Below are positions 19,320 through 30,042 of a stretch of DNA of 64,000 nt, in pieces. This DNA is from Candidatus Desulfaltia sp. Lineage in GTDB: Bacteria; Desulfobacterota; Desulfobacteria; Desulfobacterales; ETH-SRB1. A program made the translations under genes and the position numbers. A model generated the notes under the pieces. It was given only the letters and a program-made list of their open reading frames with translations, did no database searches and had not been told where the DNA came from. The stretch's first letter is position 1; each line of letters opens with the position of its first letter. The DNA is taken from positions 375 to 64,374 of the forward strand of contig JAUSPN010000040.1 of assembly GCA_030656555.1 (NCBI GenBank), given 5' to 3'.

Positions 19320-20783
19320 TTACTCAACCTGATAATTCGGGGCTTCTTTGGTAATTATTACATCATGAACATGGCTTTCGCGCATTCCTGCAGCGCTTAT
19401 CCTTATAAAGCGAGCCTTTTCCCTGAGTTCTTCCAGGGTTCGGCACCCAACATACCCCATGCCCGCCTTTAATCCTCCAATAAGCTGAAAGATATTAGCT
19501 GTAAGAGAACCTTTATATGGAACACGTCCGACAATGCCTTCCGGAACCAGTTTATCGTCCTCGGGCATTTCATCATGATAATACCTGTCCTTGCTGCCTT
19601 TTTTCATTGCCTCAATTGAGCCCATGCCCCTGTATACCTTGTATCTGCGGCCCTGAAAAAGGATTAATTCGCCGGGGCTTTCCTCTGATCCGGCAAAAAG
19701 CCCGCCTATCATTACCGTATGGGCTCCGGCGCCTATAGCCTTTGTAATATCGCCGGAAAACTTGATGCCTCCATCAGCAATTAAAGGAACGCCGGTTTTG
19801 CTGGATATTGACCTGCAATTAATTATTGCGGACAACTGGGGTATACCTATGCCGGCAATGATACGCGTAGTACATATGGACCCCGGCCCTATTCCGATTT
19901 TTACTGCGTCAACACCCGCTTTAATAAGATCTTCAGCCCCTTTTGCCGTGCTGACATTGCCGGCAATCAGTTCAATGTTTTTGAAATTGCCTTTTAATGT
20001 TTTTACTGCATCAATAACATTTTTTGTATGTCCATGAGATGTATCTATTAATATAACATCTGCTCCTGCTGTGAGAAGGGCTTGGGCTCGTTCCTCCATA
20101 TCCAGACCGACTCCGATTGCCGCTCCGGCCCTGAGCCTGCCCATATTGTCTTTGCAGGAATTTGGATATTTTTTTATTTTTTCAATGTCTTTTATTGTTA
20201 TCATCCCCTTGAGCCGGCCATTTTTATCAACAACAAGAAGCTTTTCAATCCTGTGTTTATGAAGCAACCTCTTAGATTCTTCCAGATTAATTCCTTCTTG
20301 AACCGTTATAAGGTTTTCCTTTGTCATAACTTCAGAGACTTTCTTCTGCATGTCTGTTTCAAATCGCAGATCCCTGTTGGTCACGATACCGACCAGCTTA
20401 TCTCCTCTTGTAACCGGAATCCCGGAAATGCGATACTGTTCCATCAGCTTCAAAACTTCATATACCAATTGGTCGGGATGGATTGTAATCGGATCAATAA
20501 TCATACCGCTTTCAGATTTTTTAACCTTGTTAACCTCCATAACCTGGCTTTTGATACTCATGTTGCGGTGTATGAAACCTATACCCCCTTCACGGGCCAT
20601 GCTAATGGCTGTATGCGCCTCTGTTACGGTATCCATGGCAGCGCTTACAATCGGGATGTTAAGCGCAATATTTCTTGTCAACATGGTTGCGGTATTAACA
20701 TCTTTCGGCAGCACATCGGAATAGTTCGGAATTATCAGAACATCATCAAAAGAAAAAGTTTCTTCAGGTGGTATTTTTATCAT
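19320..20783 (-). CDS. guaB: IMP dehydrogenase
   Basis: [12 protein letters not shown] pair, [23 protein letters not shown]. Confidence 0.98.
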   Translation of the reverse strand: MIKIPPEETFSFDDVLIIPNYSDVLPKDVNTATMLTRNIALNIPIVSAAMDTVTEAHTAISMAREGGIGFIHRNMSIKSQVMEVNKVKKSESGMIIDPITIHPDQLVYEVLKLMEQYRISGIPVTRGDKLVGIVTNRDLRFETDMQKKVSEVMTKENLITVQEGINLEESKRLLHKHRIEKLLVVDKNGRLKGMITIKDIEKIKKYPNSCKDNMGRLRAGAAIGVGLDMEERAQALLTAGADVILIDTSHGHTKNVIDAVKTLKGNFKNIELIAGNVSTAKGAEDLIKAGVDAVKIGIGPGSICTTRIIAGIGIPQLSAIINCRSISSKTGVPLIADGGIKFSGDITKAIGAGAHTVMIGGLFAGSEESPGELILFQGRRYKVYRGMGSIEAMKKGSKDRYYHDEMPEDDKLVPEGIVGRVPYKGSLTANIFQLIGGLKAGMGYVGCRTLEELREKARFIRISAAGMRESHVHDVIITKEAPNYQVE

Positions 20784-20821
20784 AAATTTCCTCCGGGAAA
20801 GATTATTTTAAAAGTTTGAAC

Positions 20822-21802
20822 TCATTTATCTAATTCGGTTGCTTCCGGCTCATATTCATCGAACAGCTCGCTATAATGCTTTTTCAAACAGTTGGGACAA
20901 ATACTATGGCTGAATTCAGCCTCAGAATGTTTATGAATGTATGATTCAATTTGATTCCAATAACCTTTATCATCACGTATTTTTTTACAATAAGAGCAAA
21001 TCGGAAGTATTCCTTTTAATGTTTTGATTTCAGACAGGGCTTTTTCAAGTTCTTCTTTGCGGATCTGGAGCTCCCTATTCAAACCGCGCAATTTCATCAC
21101 ATTTAACTGGTTTACCTCCTCATATTTTTTTTCAATAATCTCCTTGTCTTTTTCCTGTTCAGCAATGATATCCTTCAGCATTGCTCTGGACATAAAAAAC
21201 CTGGAAAGATACTCACGAACTGTGTTTTGGAACCGCCATCTTACATGATACTCACAATATGGAGCGCCGTCGAAATAGCAACATTCCTCTTTGAATTTAA
21301 AAGGCTTTCCTGACCAGATGGTTGGTAAAAATGTATAAATACCTTGATTGAAAAGGCATAAATCTTTTGAAAGTTTCATTGATGAATCCCAGTGTAAACG
21401 AAGTATGGCCAAATTTCTTCTTTTATGCACAAGTTCGACCTTTTTGCTCCGATTAAATTTATCGTTGATCGCCTGGGCATGTTCGAAACTCTTTTTTGAA
21501 GACCAGAATGCCTTAACAAATATCTTTTGGATATAGCCAAGAGATGAATTCTCAACAGAATGTTTTGCAATATTATAAGCAACCCTTTCGTCATGCAAAA
21601 TCAATCCTGCCCTTTTTAATAATTTAGAAATTACAGAGGTTGAAATCCAGTTATTTGGATCCTGTAAAAAACTTTCAGGGTCGGGGAGGCTGTCTATTTC
21701 AGGGTCAAGGTCACGTAACAGTTCGGAACAATCACCGTTGTTATGAGCCCTCATATAATTTATAATGGACTTGGAATTTATACAGTTTACTTCTTTTTCC
21801 AT
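20822..21802 (-). CDS. V4R-like sensor domain protein with coiled coil and C-terminal Cys/His motif
   Basis: DLC...EECCYFDGAPYC; tail LPICSYCKKIRDDKGYW...FSHSICPNC. Confidence 0.7.
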   Translation of the reverse strand: MEKEVNCINSKSIINYMRAHNNGDCSELLRDLDPEIDSLPDPESFLQDPNNWISTSVISKLLKRAGLILHDERVAYNIAKHSVENSSLGYIQKIFVKAFWSSKKSFEHAQAINDKFNRSKKVELVHKRRNLAILRLHWDSSMKLSKDLCLFNQGIYTFLPTIWSGKPFKFKEECCYFDGAPYCEYHVRWRFQNTVREYLSRFFMSRAMLKDIIAEQEKDKEIIEKKYEEVNQLNVMKLRGLNRELQIRKEELEKALSEIKTLKGILPICSYCKKIRDDKGYWNQIESYIHKHSEAEFSHSICPNCLKKHYSELFDEYEPEATELDK

Positions 21803-22097
21803 GTAGCATACTTTATTGTGTTTGCATCAAATACTTATCCTCTTTTATCCAGTCTTGTCAAAAGAAGGCCTAAATACGTATTTATTAAAGCCGGTAAGGC
21901 CCAAAATAAATTTGGCTCCTTTACCGTCCTAAATTTGATAGAAATTAGGAATGTAAAACTTAAGTTAATAACATTAAAAGCGAAATAGCAAATGGATTTA
22001 CCTTTATCAATCTTTTACTTGTTGCATTGACAATATAAAAGGATTAGGGAATTAAGGATTATAGGATTAGAAGGTTCTTTAACTTTTAGATATAATT

Positions 22098-22709
22098 ATG
22101 CTTATTAAAATAAATTCAAAAAATCCGCAGGCGCGTCTCATCACAAAGACCGTTGAAACGCTCAAAAAAGGTGGAATAATCGCCTATCCAACAGATACCT
22201 TTTACGGGATAGGTTGTGATATTATGAACAAAAGGGCTATTGAGAAGATTTACCAGTTAAAGCAGCGAGATAAAAGCAAGCCGTTTAGTTTTATCTGTTC
22301 AGGACTCAAAAATATCAGCCATTATGCCAAAATATCAAATTATGCGTATAAAACCATGAAACGGCTTTTGCCCGGACCTTATACTTTCATTCTGGAAGGA
22401 TCAAAACTTGTACCCCAAATTATGTTGACCAAGCGAAAAACCGCGGGCATACGTGTACCTGACAATCAGATTTGCCTGGCGATTGTGGAAGAACTGGGAA
22501 ATCCGATTATCACAACAAGCGCAACAATGCCGGACGGAAGCATTATTCATGATCCATCCATTATACATGATTATTTCCATTCAAGAATTGATCTTGTAAT
22601 TGACGGGGAAACCCCTGTCACGGGAAAACCCTCAAGTGTAATCTCCCTTATAGATGATATGCCCAAGGTTATTCGCGAAGGTATCGGCGATGTGAGTATT
22701 TTTATGTAA
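22098..22709 (+). CDS. Sua5/YciO/TsaC-family protein
   Basis: AYPTDTFYGIGC, KQRDKSKP, LPGPYT, TSAT, PSSVI. Confidence 0.92.
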   Translation: MLIKINSKNPQARLITKTVETLKKGGIIAYPTDTFYGIGCDIMNKRAIEKIYQLKQRDKSKPFSFICSGLKNISHYAKISNYAYKTMKRLLPGPYTFILEGSKLVPQIMLTKRKTAGIRVPDNQICLAIVEELGNPIITTSATMPDGSIIHDPSIIHDYFHSRIDLVIDGETPVTGKPSSVISLIDDMPKVIREGIGDVSIFM

Positions 22710-22783
22710 CCTGGTATTTTTATTGCAAAATCACTTTTATATCAAAAAATTCGTCGCAGATATTCTTCTTTTTCAAGACAGAA

Positions 22784-23941
22784 TTAAGGCCTCATAATAG
22801 TAACGGTTTTTGAAGAATCGGATAAAAGCAACAGGTTTTGCCTGTTAATTTTGACACCAAGTCCAGGTCCATCCATAGGGCCTGCTTCACCGCCGAGTCC
22901 AAAGGAAACATCTTCACAAGTAATGTTTTTTTTTAACAAAAACTTATCATAGGAGCCGTCATAATATACAGCATCGCCGCATAGAAGTGATAAAATTCTC
23001 CCTGCAGCAGAAAGGATGCCTGACTCGCCCAGGTGACAACTGATCTGAAAAGGTGTTTTATTTAACCGCAAATAGTTAATTATTTTAAGAGAATTTCTAA
23101 ATCCGCCGCATTTTGATAATCTTACATTTATCATCTTATAGAAACCCTCTTTATAAAGCCTTTTTACGTCCTGCAGAGAGCATGCAGACTCATCAGCCAT
23201 TAAAATCATACCATAGGTTTGCGCTAATTTCGCATAATCAGCGATGTTCGGATCATCCGGCATCATAGGTTGTTCAATAATGCTGACCTTGTATTCCTTC
23301 ATGAGCTGCAGATGTTTTAAGGCAAATTCGCCATCTCCCGCTCCATTGATATCTACCCTCAGATCATAACTGTCTATAAACATGTGCCTTACTGTATCAA
23401 AAATTTCTTTGTTCTGGTCAAAATCTTTACCTATCTTAATACGAAGTTTATTGATTTTGATTTTGATTTTTTTGATCAATTCACAGATTTCCGTGATTCT
23501 TTCTTTATTCTCCATAGGAATTAATGCTCCATAATAGATTTTGTCTGTTCGGAAATCCTTTGGAAAATAGTCTATGATATATTTGTTCTGGTTCGTGCCT
23601 AAAGCATCCAAAAGAGCAGTTTCAATTGCGCATAATGCACAGTGATGTGCCTTGTCACGGGGAAGGCTGTCAACAAACTCCCATATCTGGGAAACATCAT
23701 TTAATTCCCACGGAAAATTATTCTGCTTGATGAAACCTTTTATAGTTCTGGTAACGCTTTCTTGTGATTCTCCTGTTACGTAGGATCGTGGGGCGCTTTC
23801 TCCATAGCCTTTAATTTCCCCTTGTTTGGCTATAACTTCAGCAACGATATTCTTTGCTGATGATCTTTTTCTTAAAGAATGAGTGAAATTACCTGTAAAA
23901 GGCAGTAATACCTGATAAATATTTACCTTTTCTATTTGCAT
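22784..23941 (-). CDS. Enolase superfamily, muconate-lactonizing/dipeptide-epimerase-like enzyme
   Basis: GYGESAPRSYVTGES, RVDIN, EQP, ADES, SKCGG. Confidence 0.85.
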   Translation of the reverse strand: MQIEKVNIYQVLLPFTGNFTHSLRKRSSAKNIVAEVIAKQGEIKGYGESAPRSYVTGESQESVTRTIKGFIKQNNFPWELNDVSQIWEFVDSLPRDKAHHCALCAIETALLDALGTNQNKYIIDYFPKDFRTDKIYYGALIPMENKERITEICELIKKIKIKINKLRIKIGKDFDQNKEIFDTVRHMFIDSYDLRVDINGAGDGEFALKHLQLMKEYKVSIIEQPMMPDDPNIADYAKLAQTYGMILMADESACSLQDVKRLYKEGFYKMINVRLSKCGGFRNSLKIINYLRLNKTPFQISCHLGESGILSAAGRILSLLCGDAVYYDGSYDKFLLKKNITCEDVSFGLGGEAGPMDGPGLGVKINRQNLLLLSDSSKTVTIMRP

Positions 23942-23944
23942 AGA

Positions 23945-25949
23945 TTAATCTTTATCCGATGATACCGGGGCATGGCCGGCAGAAGTGTTGGGAAAAGATA
24001 AGATAAATATAGTACCCTCATTTACCTTGCTTTTTACTTCAATGGTTCCGCCATGTTCCTGCATGTTTTTATGGGCAACAAACAGGCCCAATCCTGTTCC
24101 ATTGTGCATGCTGCTTTTATGCCTGGTGGTAAAATACGGGTTGAATATTTTGTTAATTAAAGATTCAGGTATTCCAGGGCCATTATCTTTGATTTCTATC
24201 TGAACAGACTCGGACTCTTTATCTCCCATAATTTTTTTTGTTGTTAATTCGATTTTTCCATTATCCGGAGTAAAATCTATGGCATTTGAAAGCAGGTTTA
24301 AAACAACCTGTTTCATCTTTTCCGAATCCATCCATACTTGTCCAATGCCGGAATCATAATTACGTACAATATCGATATGTTTTGCCTTGCTATGAGGTGA
24401 AGTAAGAAGAATCATTTTATCTATCAGTTCATTAACATCGTTTAGCTCAAAGTGTGATTCTCTTGTTTTAGCCAAATCCATGAGTTCGGTAATAAGATTA
24501 TTTACTCTTGCTGTTTCCTCCATTGCGATTTCATAAAACTCGGTTCTGAATTCTTCATCATCATATTTTTGTGGCAGCATCTGGATAAATGTTCCTATGG
24601 CTGTCATTGGATTTTTAATCTCATGGGCCAGCCTTGCCGCCATATTGCCGAGAAAGGAAAGCTTTTCAGCTCTGCTTAAAAGAGCCTGGGATCTTTTCAG
24701 CTCCTCCATCTGCTCGTATAGTCTTTTATATAATTTTGCATTTTCTATTGCGATAGCGATCTGTGGGGCAAAGATTTCCAGGGTTTGCCTTGTTTCCTCT
24801 GGGACTCCATCTCTATCCACAGCATCTGTCGCAATGATCCCAATTACCTTGGATTTTGTTACAAGAGGAACAATGAATGCCGAAGTGGGATTAGCAAGCT
24901 TTAAAACGATATTTTCCTTTCTCAGGATTGATTTTTTTATATCAGGAACATACTCGGGCAGTCCTGTGCTGGCAACCCTTGCAATTATGTTGCTCAAACG
25001 ATTCAGGGGGATCGTGTAATTTTTGACCTCTTCCGGAACTTCACCATCAAAACCCACACCATGCATATATTGAAGGCATCCTTTCTCCTCGTTTACAAGC
25101 ATGATTACGGCCCGGTTTATTTGGCATATATTTGATAAAATATTCATTATGACGGTCAAAAGCTGCTTTAAATCCAGTATGGAAAGTATAGCCTTTCCAG
25201 TGTCCTGTATAGCCATGAGCTGTTTAATTTTTTTGTTTAGCGCAACGTTTAAATGGTTTACCTCTCCATATTTTTTTTCAATAAGCTCCTTGTCATTCTC
25301 CTGTTCAGTAATGATATCCTTCAGCATTGCTCTGGACATAAAAAATCTGGAAAGATACTCACGAACTCTGTTTTGAAAGCGCCATTTTATATGGTACTCG
25401 CAATACGGAGCGCCGTCAAAATAACAACATTCTTCTTTTAATATATAAGGCTTTCCTGACCAGATAGTTGGAAAAAATGTATAAATACCTTGATTGAAAA
25501 GGCATAGAACTTTAGAAGATTTCATTGATGAATCCCAGTGCAAACGAAATATGGCCAAATTTCTTTTTACATCTACAAGTTCGACCTTTTTGTTCCGGTT
25601 AAATTTATCATTGATCGCCTGGGCATGTTCGAAACTTTTTTTTTGAAGACCAGAATGCCTTAACAAATATCTTTTGAATATAGCCAAGAGATGAATTCTC
25701 AATAGAATATTTTGCAATCTTATAAGCAACCCTTTCATCATGCAGAATCGATTCTGCCTTTTTGAATAATTTAGAAATTACAGAGCTTGAAATCCAGTTG
25801 TTTGGATCCTTTAAAAAACTTTCAGGGTCGGAAAGGGAGTCTATTTCAGGATCAAGACCATATAACAGTTCGGAGCAATCCCCGTTGTTATGAGCCTTTA
25901 TATAATTTATAACAACCCTGGAATTTATACAGTTTACTTCCTTTTCCAT
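23945..25949 (-). pseudogene. V4R-like - GAF - HisKA - HATPase sensor kinase, frameshifted at a T9 run
   Basis: ORF 25608-25949 plus 23945-25741; removing one base at 25636-25644 restores 667 aa, as judged against the intact paralog; HEIKNP, NLLSNA, DNGPG, GTGLG. Confidence 0.88.
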
Positions 25950-25991
25950 GCAACATACCTCATTGTGTTTGCATTAAGTACTTATCCGGTT

Positions 25992-26969
25992 TTATGAAAC
26001 CCCACCAAAAGAATGCCTGAGTTGCGGCAGATATAATGATTTTTCAACCATTGTGCCGGATGACGGGACATGTTCGATAGCCGGATATTTTTTCCATTGA
26101 TACCAGCCTTCTGGATACTTGTAAATGTATTGCTCCAGATATTTTAACACGATCTCTCCGACTGATGCATCTGTTAATTGTTTGAACTGTTTTTTTATTT
26201 CTCCCATTGAAGCTGAAATAAATTTATATCGATTATTACGATCTCTATGCATAATGCCGAACACTACAAAAGCGCCGCCCTTTTTTGAAATAATATTTAT
26301 CGTTCTATCCAGATTTATCTCTTTACCCAGAAAGGACATTCTGTTTTTAGGGGAAGGCCTCCACTCATCTATCTCATCACACTGAGTAAGTACCACACGA
26401 TTTTCTCTCAGGTTATCAAAAATAGCCTTTATGATATTGGGGGTATTATTAGCGTCGATAATTCTTGTTGAAAAGTTATTAGACTGTTTCATAGCTGTGT
26501 TACGCATGTGGTCTGAAGAAAATCTTACTATCATCGTTACAGGATATTTCTTGTCACAAAGAAAAGCAGGAATCAGCTCAATTCCTCCCACATGTCCGGT
26601 GATTAACAAAACACCCTTACCTCTGGAAAGCCCCTTTTCTATGGCTGCTATGCCTGTGCTTTCAATGTGTGTTTTCACAAAAGCTCTGAGAGTTGCAGGA
26701 GAAGAATATGCGTTAAAAAATTTTTCATAATAATGCGATACTATCCCACGAAAAATATCCCTGGTAATCAACTTTATCTCAAATCTACTTTTCCTGCCGG
26801 CAAATACCTCCTTAACGGAATTTTTTATTTTCCACCTTTCCTTTCTTCTAAAGAAAAAATATAATTTCCCCAACATTGTTATATAAAAAAAGGTAATTCT
26901 CCACCCAAGTTTCTTGCACATAAAAATGTTAAACCTTAATTGCAAAAAGGAACTTAAGTTTATCTTCAT
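25992..26969 (-). CDS. LpxL/HtrB-like lipid acyltransferase
   Basis: GKGVLLITGHVGGIE (H-x4-E), LRENRVVLTQCDE, YPEGWYQW. Confidence 0.78.
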   Translation of the reverse strand: MKINLSSFLQLRFNIFMCKKLGWRITFFYITMLGKLYFFFRRKERWKIKNSVKEVFAGRKSRFEIKLITRDIFRGIVSHYYEKFFNAYSSPATLRAFVKTHIESTGIAAIEKGLSRGKGVLLITGHVGGIELIPAFLCDKKYPVTMIVRFSSDHMRNTAMKQSNNFSTRIIDANNTPNIIKAIFDNLRENRVVLTQCDEIDEWRPSPKNRMSFLGKEINLDRTINIISKKGGAFVVFGIMHRDRNNRYKFISASMGEIKKQFKQLTDASVGEIVLKYLEQYIYKYPEGWYQWKKYPAIEHVPSSGTMVEKSLYLPQLRHSFGGVS

Positions 26970-27230
26970 TATAACTGCCTCCTGTTATTATAATTAATGA
27001 TTATGCCTATAAACCTAATAACCCTTCTTACTAACTCAAAATACATGCCAAGAAAGATCTGATGCATTGCACAGTCAAAAAAAGGAACGCTCTTCTGGAT
27101 ATTTTGAATTTATTATTATGCCAATTCCTGTTTCACAGGTATTTAACACTAATATGATGTGCAAACCGTATGTTTGAATATCAAGACAAATATAACGGAA
27201 AAAATAATTATATAAATAAATCTTAGCGAA

Positions 27231-27273
27231 TGCACATATTTTTGTGTGCAAATGCACATGTTTTTGTGCATTT
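27231..27273. promoter_or_regulatory. Tandem TGCACA-Nn-TGTGCA palindromes (candidate activator sites)
   Basis: TGCACA-N8-TGTGCA (27231-27250) and TGCACA-N6-TGTGCA (27253-27270) in the divergent intergenic region. Confidence 0.5.
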
Positions 27274-27322
27274 GCCGCGGCATTCATTTGACGAAAACAA
27301 AATTTTGTGGTGATATGTTATC

Positions 27323-28666
27323 ATGAATAAGGCTACAATTCTTGTTGTTGATGATGAACGTGGAATTCGCCAGTCTTTTAACATGGCGCTAAAGGACGAA
27401 TATCATGTTCTTCTTGCCGGTACTGGTGAAAAAGCCATTGATATCTTTCAGAAAAATCCTATTGATCTGATTTTACTGGACATCCTCCTTCCTGATATTG
27501 ACGGCATTGATCTTCTTAAAAAACTCAAACACACAGATCCAAATACCGAAATTATTATGGTAACAGCCGTCAACGATCTTCAAACAGCTGTAATGGCAAT
27601 TAAATTAGGAGCTTATGAGTATATCATCAAGCCGTTTATTGTTGATGATGTATTAACCGTAATAGGCAGAGCTTTAGAAAAACGGCGTCTTGTAAGGCAG
27701 GTTGCCTATCTTAGGAATGAACTCGAAAGATATCAGCCCTTTGAAAAGATGATTGGCAAAGATAAAAAGATGAGAAGTATTTTTGAGTTAATATCTACTG
27801 TTTCTCAAAGTGACGGCACCGTACTTATTCAGGGGAAAAGCGGAACAGGCAAGGAGCTTGTTGCCAGAGCGATACATAACCTTAGCCCAAGGAAAAGCCA
27901 GCCTTTTGTAGTGATAAATTGTGCGGCCATACCTCCGACCCTGATGGAAAGTGAACTTTTTGGATATAACAAGGGGGCATTTACAGGAGCTGCAAGCACC
28001 AACATGGGAAAACTGGAAATAGCCGATAAGGGCACGGTTTTTTTCGACGATATAGATTCTCTGGATATCAATATGCAGGCCAAGCTCCTCAGGATTATAC
28101 AGGAAAAAGAGTTTCAAAGATTAGGCAATACAAGGCTTATTAAGGCTGATCTAAGATTCGTAGCAGCTTCAAACAAGGACATTAGCGACCTGATATTACA
28201 TGGAGAATTTCGGGAAGATCTTTTTTACCGGCTAAATGTATTTCCCATAAAACTTCCGCCTTTAAGAGAAAGAATGGGGGATATTCCTTTGCTTTTAAAT
28301 CACTTTTTTAAATTGTATGCAAAAAAATCCGGCCGCCCTCAAAAAACGGTTTCTGAAAAGGCATTAAAGGTTCTAATGGAATATGATTGGCCCGGAAATG
28401 TCAGAGAAGTTCAAAATATAGTGGAAAGGTTATGCACAATAAAACAAAATTCGGTTATTCAATTTAAAGATGTTGCAACACTTATTATCAGCAAGAAAAA
28501 AATAACAGACAGCTCCCTCAAAGAGGCGGTAAGCTCTTTTGAAAAACAATATATTGCCGAAGTGCTTGAAATGGTTAATGGCAACAGAAAAAAAGCATCG
28601 GAAAAACTCGGCATTCATCGCAACACACTCCTTTCAAAAATTCATGAATACGATCCGCATATATAA
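27323..28666 (+). CDS. Sigma-54-dependent response regulator (NtrC family)
   Basis: REC domain, GKSGTGKELVA, ESELFG, GAFTGA, WPGNVRE, Fis-type HTH. Confidence 0.95.
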   Translation: MNKATILVVDDERGIRQSFNMALKDEYHVLLAGTGEKAIDIFQKNPIDLILLDILLPDIDGIDLLKKLKHTDPNTEIIMVTAVNDLQTAVMAIKLGAYEYIIKPFIVDDVLTVIGRALEKRRLVRQVAYLRNELERYQPFEKMIGKDKKMRSIFELISTVSQSDGTVLIQGKSGTGKELVARAIHNLSPRKSQPFVVINCAAIPPTLMESELFGYNKGAFTGAASTNMGKLEIADKGTVFFDDIDSLDINMQAKLLRIIQEKEFQRLGNTRLIKADLRFVAASNKDISDLILHGEFREDLFYRLNVFPIKLPPLRERMGDIPLLLNHFFKLYAKKSGRPQKTVSEKALKVLMEYDWPGNVREVQNIVERLCTIKQNSVIQFKDVATLIISKKKITDSSLKEAVSSFEKQYIAEVLEMVNGNRKKASEKLGIHRNTLLSKIHEYDPHI

Positions 28667-28704
28667 GAATACCTTTAAAACTTTTTTCTGTAAATTAACA
28701 TAAA

Positions 28705-28726
28705 TTGTGTGCATATTTGCACTCAA
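28705..28726. promoter_or_regulatory. Candidate upstream activator palindrome
   Basis: TTGTGTGCA-TATT-TGCACTCAA; shares the TTGTGTGCA half-site with 27242-27250. Confidence 0.45.
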
Positions 28727-28778
28727 TATGCGGCAATAACAGTCTGTAAAAAATGTCATAAAATCATAAAGATATGTT

Positions 28779-28794
28779 TGGCACAACTATTGCT
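28779..28794 (+). promoter_or_regulatory. Sigma-54 -24/-12 promoter
   Basis: TGGCACAACTATTGCT (GG-N10-GC). Confidence 0.75.
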
Positions 28795-28881
28795 AAACCT
28801 AATAACAGGAACTTTGAAATACCTTTTCCGCTCAAGCGGGATTTGAGTTCAAGGAAAGCAAGAAATGAAGAGGTCTTGAAG

Positions 28882-30042
28882 ATGTACCCAGAACCAAAGA
28901 ATGAGGATAAAAATAACAATTATGAGAAAAAACCGCGTATTTTAGTGGCAGATGATGAGCCGAACATTTTGCGGGCAATGTCTCTAGTGCTCAAATCAAA
29001 GTTTGATGTTACCATGGTAACAAGCGGCAATAAAGGAATTGAAAAGATCCGGCAGGGCATGGATTTTGATGTAATTTCATTGGACCTGCAAATGCCCGGA
29101 CTGTCAGGCATTGAATCGCTCAAAGCTATAAAACAATTGAGCCCTTCTACGGAAGTGTTATTTGTTACAGCCCATTCAGATGTTGAATCAGCAAAAGGAG
29201 CTCTTAAATTTGGAGCTTATGATTACATTAATAAACCATTCAACAATGCTGAATTAATTGCGGCATTCTGCAAAGGTGTGAAACGCCGAAACAATGTAAT
29301 AAAGGTGGAAAAAACCAAAGAACAGCTTGCGTTCGTCAAGGCACAATTGATGCAATCGGAAAAATTCTCCGCTATCGGACAACTGCTGTCCGGGGTTGCC
29401 CATGAATTAAACAACCCCCTGGCCGCGGTCATTGGTTTCTCAGAACTTCTTCTTATGAGGGAACACCCACCTGATATAACCCGAAACTACCTGGAAAAAA
29501 TAAATAAAAACTCTATGCTTTGCAAAAATATCATCAAAAAGCTGCTTTTATTTTCCAGAAAAGAGGAATCAAAACTGGAATATATCCAGATCAATCACGT
29601 TATTGAAAGCACCATTGACCTTAAACAGTATGATTTCAAAGTAGATAGCATTGAGGTGGTCAGGCAATTAGCAGATAATATACCCAATACAATGGCTGAC
29701 TTCTACGAACTCCAGCAGGTATTTCTGAATATAATCAACAATGCACACCAGGCAATGAAAATGGATGCAGGAACGGGAATTCTGACCGTTAAGAGCGAGT
29801 TTGATAAAAAAACAATACGCATCAGTTTCCTTGATACCGGGCCTGGCATCCCCCAAAAAAATCTCCAGAATATTTTTGAACCGCTTTTTACCACAAAAAA
29901 AAGAGGTGAGGGCACAGGGCTCGGTTTAAGTATTTGCCATGAAATCATCAAAAAACATAATGGGGATATCTTTGTTGCCAGTGACAAACAAAAAGGAGCT
30001 TGCTTCGTAATAGAGATTCCTGTTGTTGACCGGATATCATAA
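28882..30042 (+). CDS. Hybrid REC-HisKA-HATPase protein
   Basis: VADDE, DLQMP, HELNNP, NNAHQA, DTGPG, GTGLG; start placed at ATG 28882 after GAAGAGG and the sigma-54 promoter. Confidence 0.9.
   Translation: MYPEPKNEDKNNNYEKKPRILVADDEPNILRAMSLVLKSKFDVTMVTSGNKGIEKIRQGMDFDVISLDLQMPGLSGIESLKAIKQLSPSTEVLFVTAHSDVESAKGALKFGAYDYINKPFNNAELIAAFCKGVKRRNNVIKVEKTKEQLAFVKAQLMQSEKFSAIGQLLSGVAHELNNPLAAVIGFSELLLMREHPPDITRNYLEKINKNSMLCKNIIKKLLLFSRKEESKLEYIQINHVIESTIDLKQYDFKVDSIEVVRQLADNIPNTMADFYELQQVFLNIINNAHQAMKMDAGTGILTVKSEFDKKTIRISFLDTGPGIPQKNLQNIFEPLFTTKKRGEGTGLGLSICHEIIKKHNGDIFVASDKQKGACFVIEIPVVDRIS

Noticed and set aside
27035-27051. Possible sigma-54 promoter for the acyltransferase operon (TTGGCATGTATTTTGAG, minus strand)
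   Set aside because: The -12 element is GA, not GC; too weak to call
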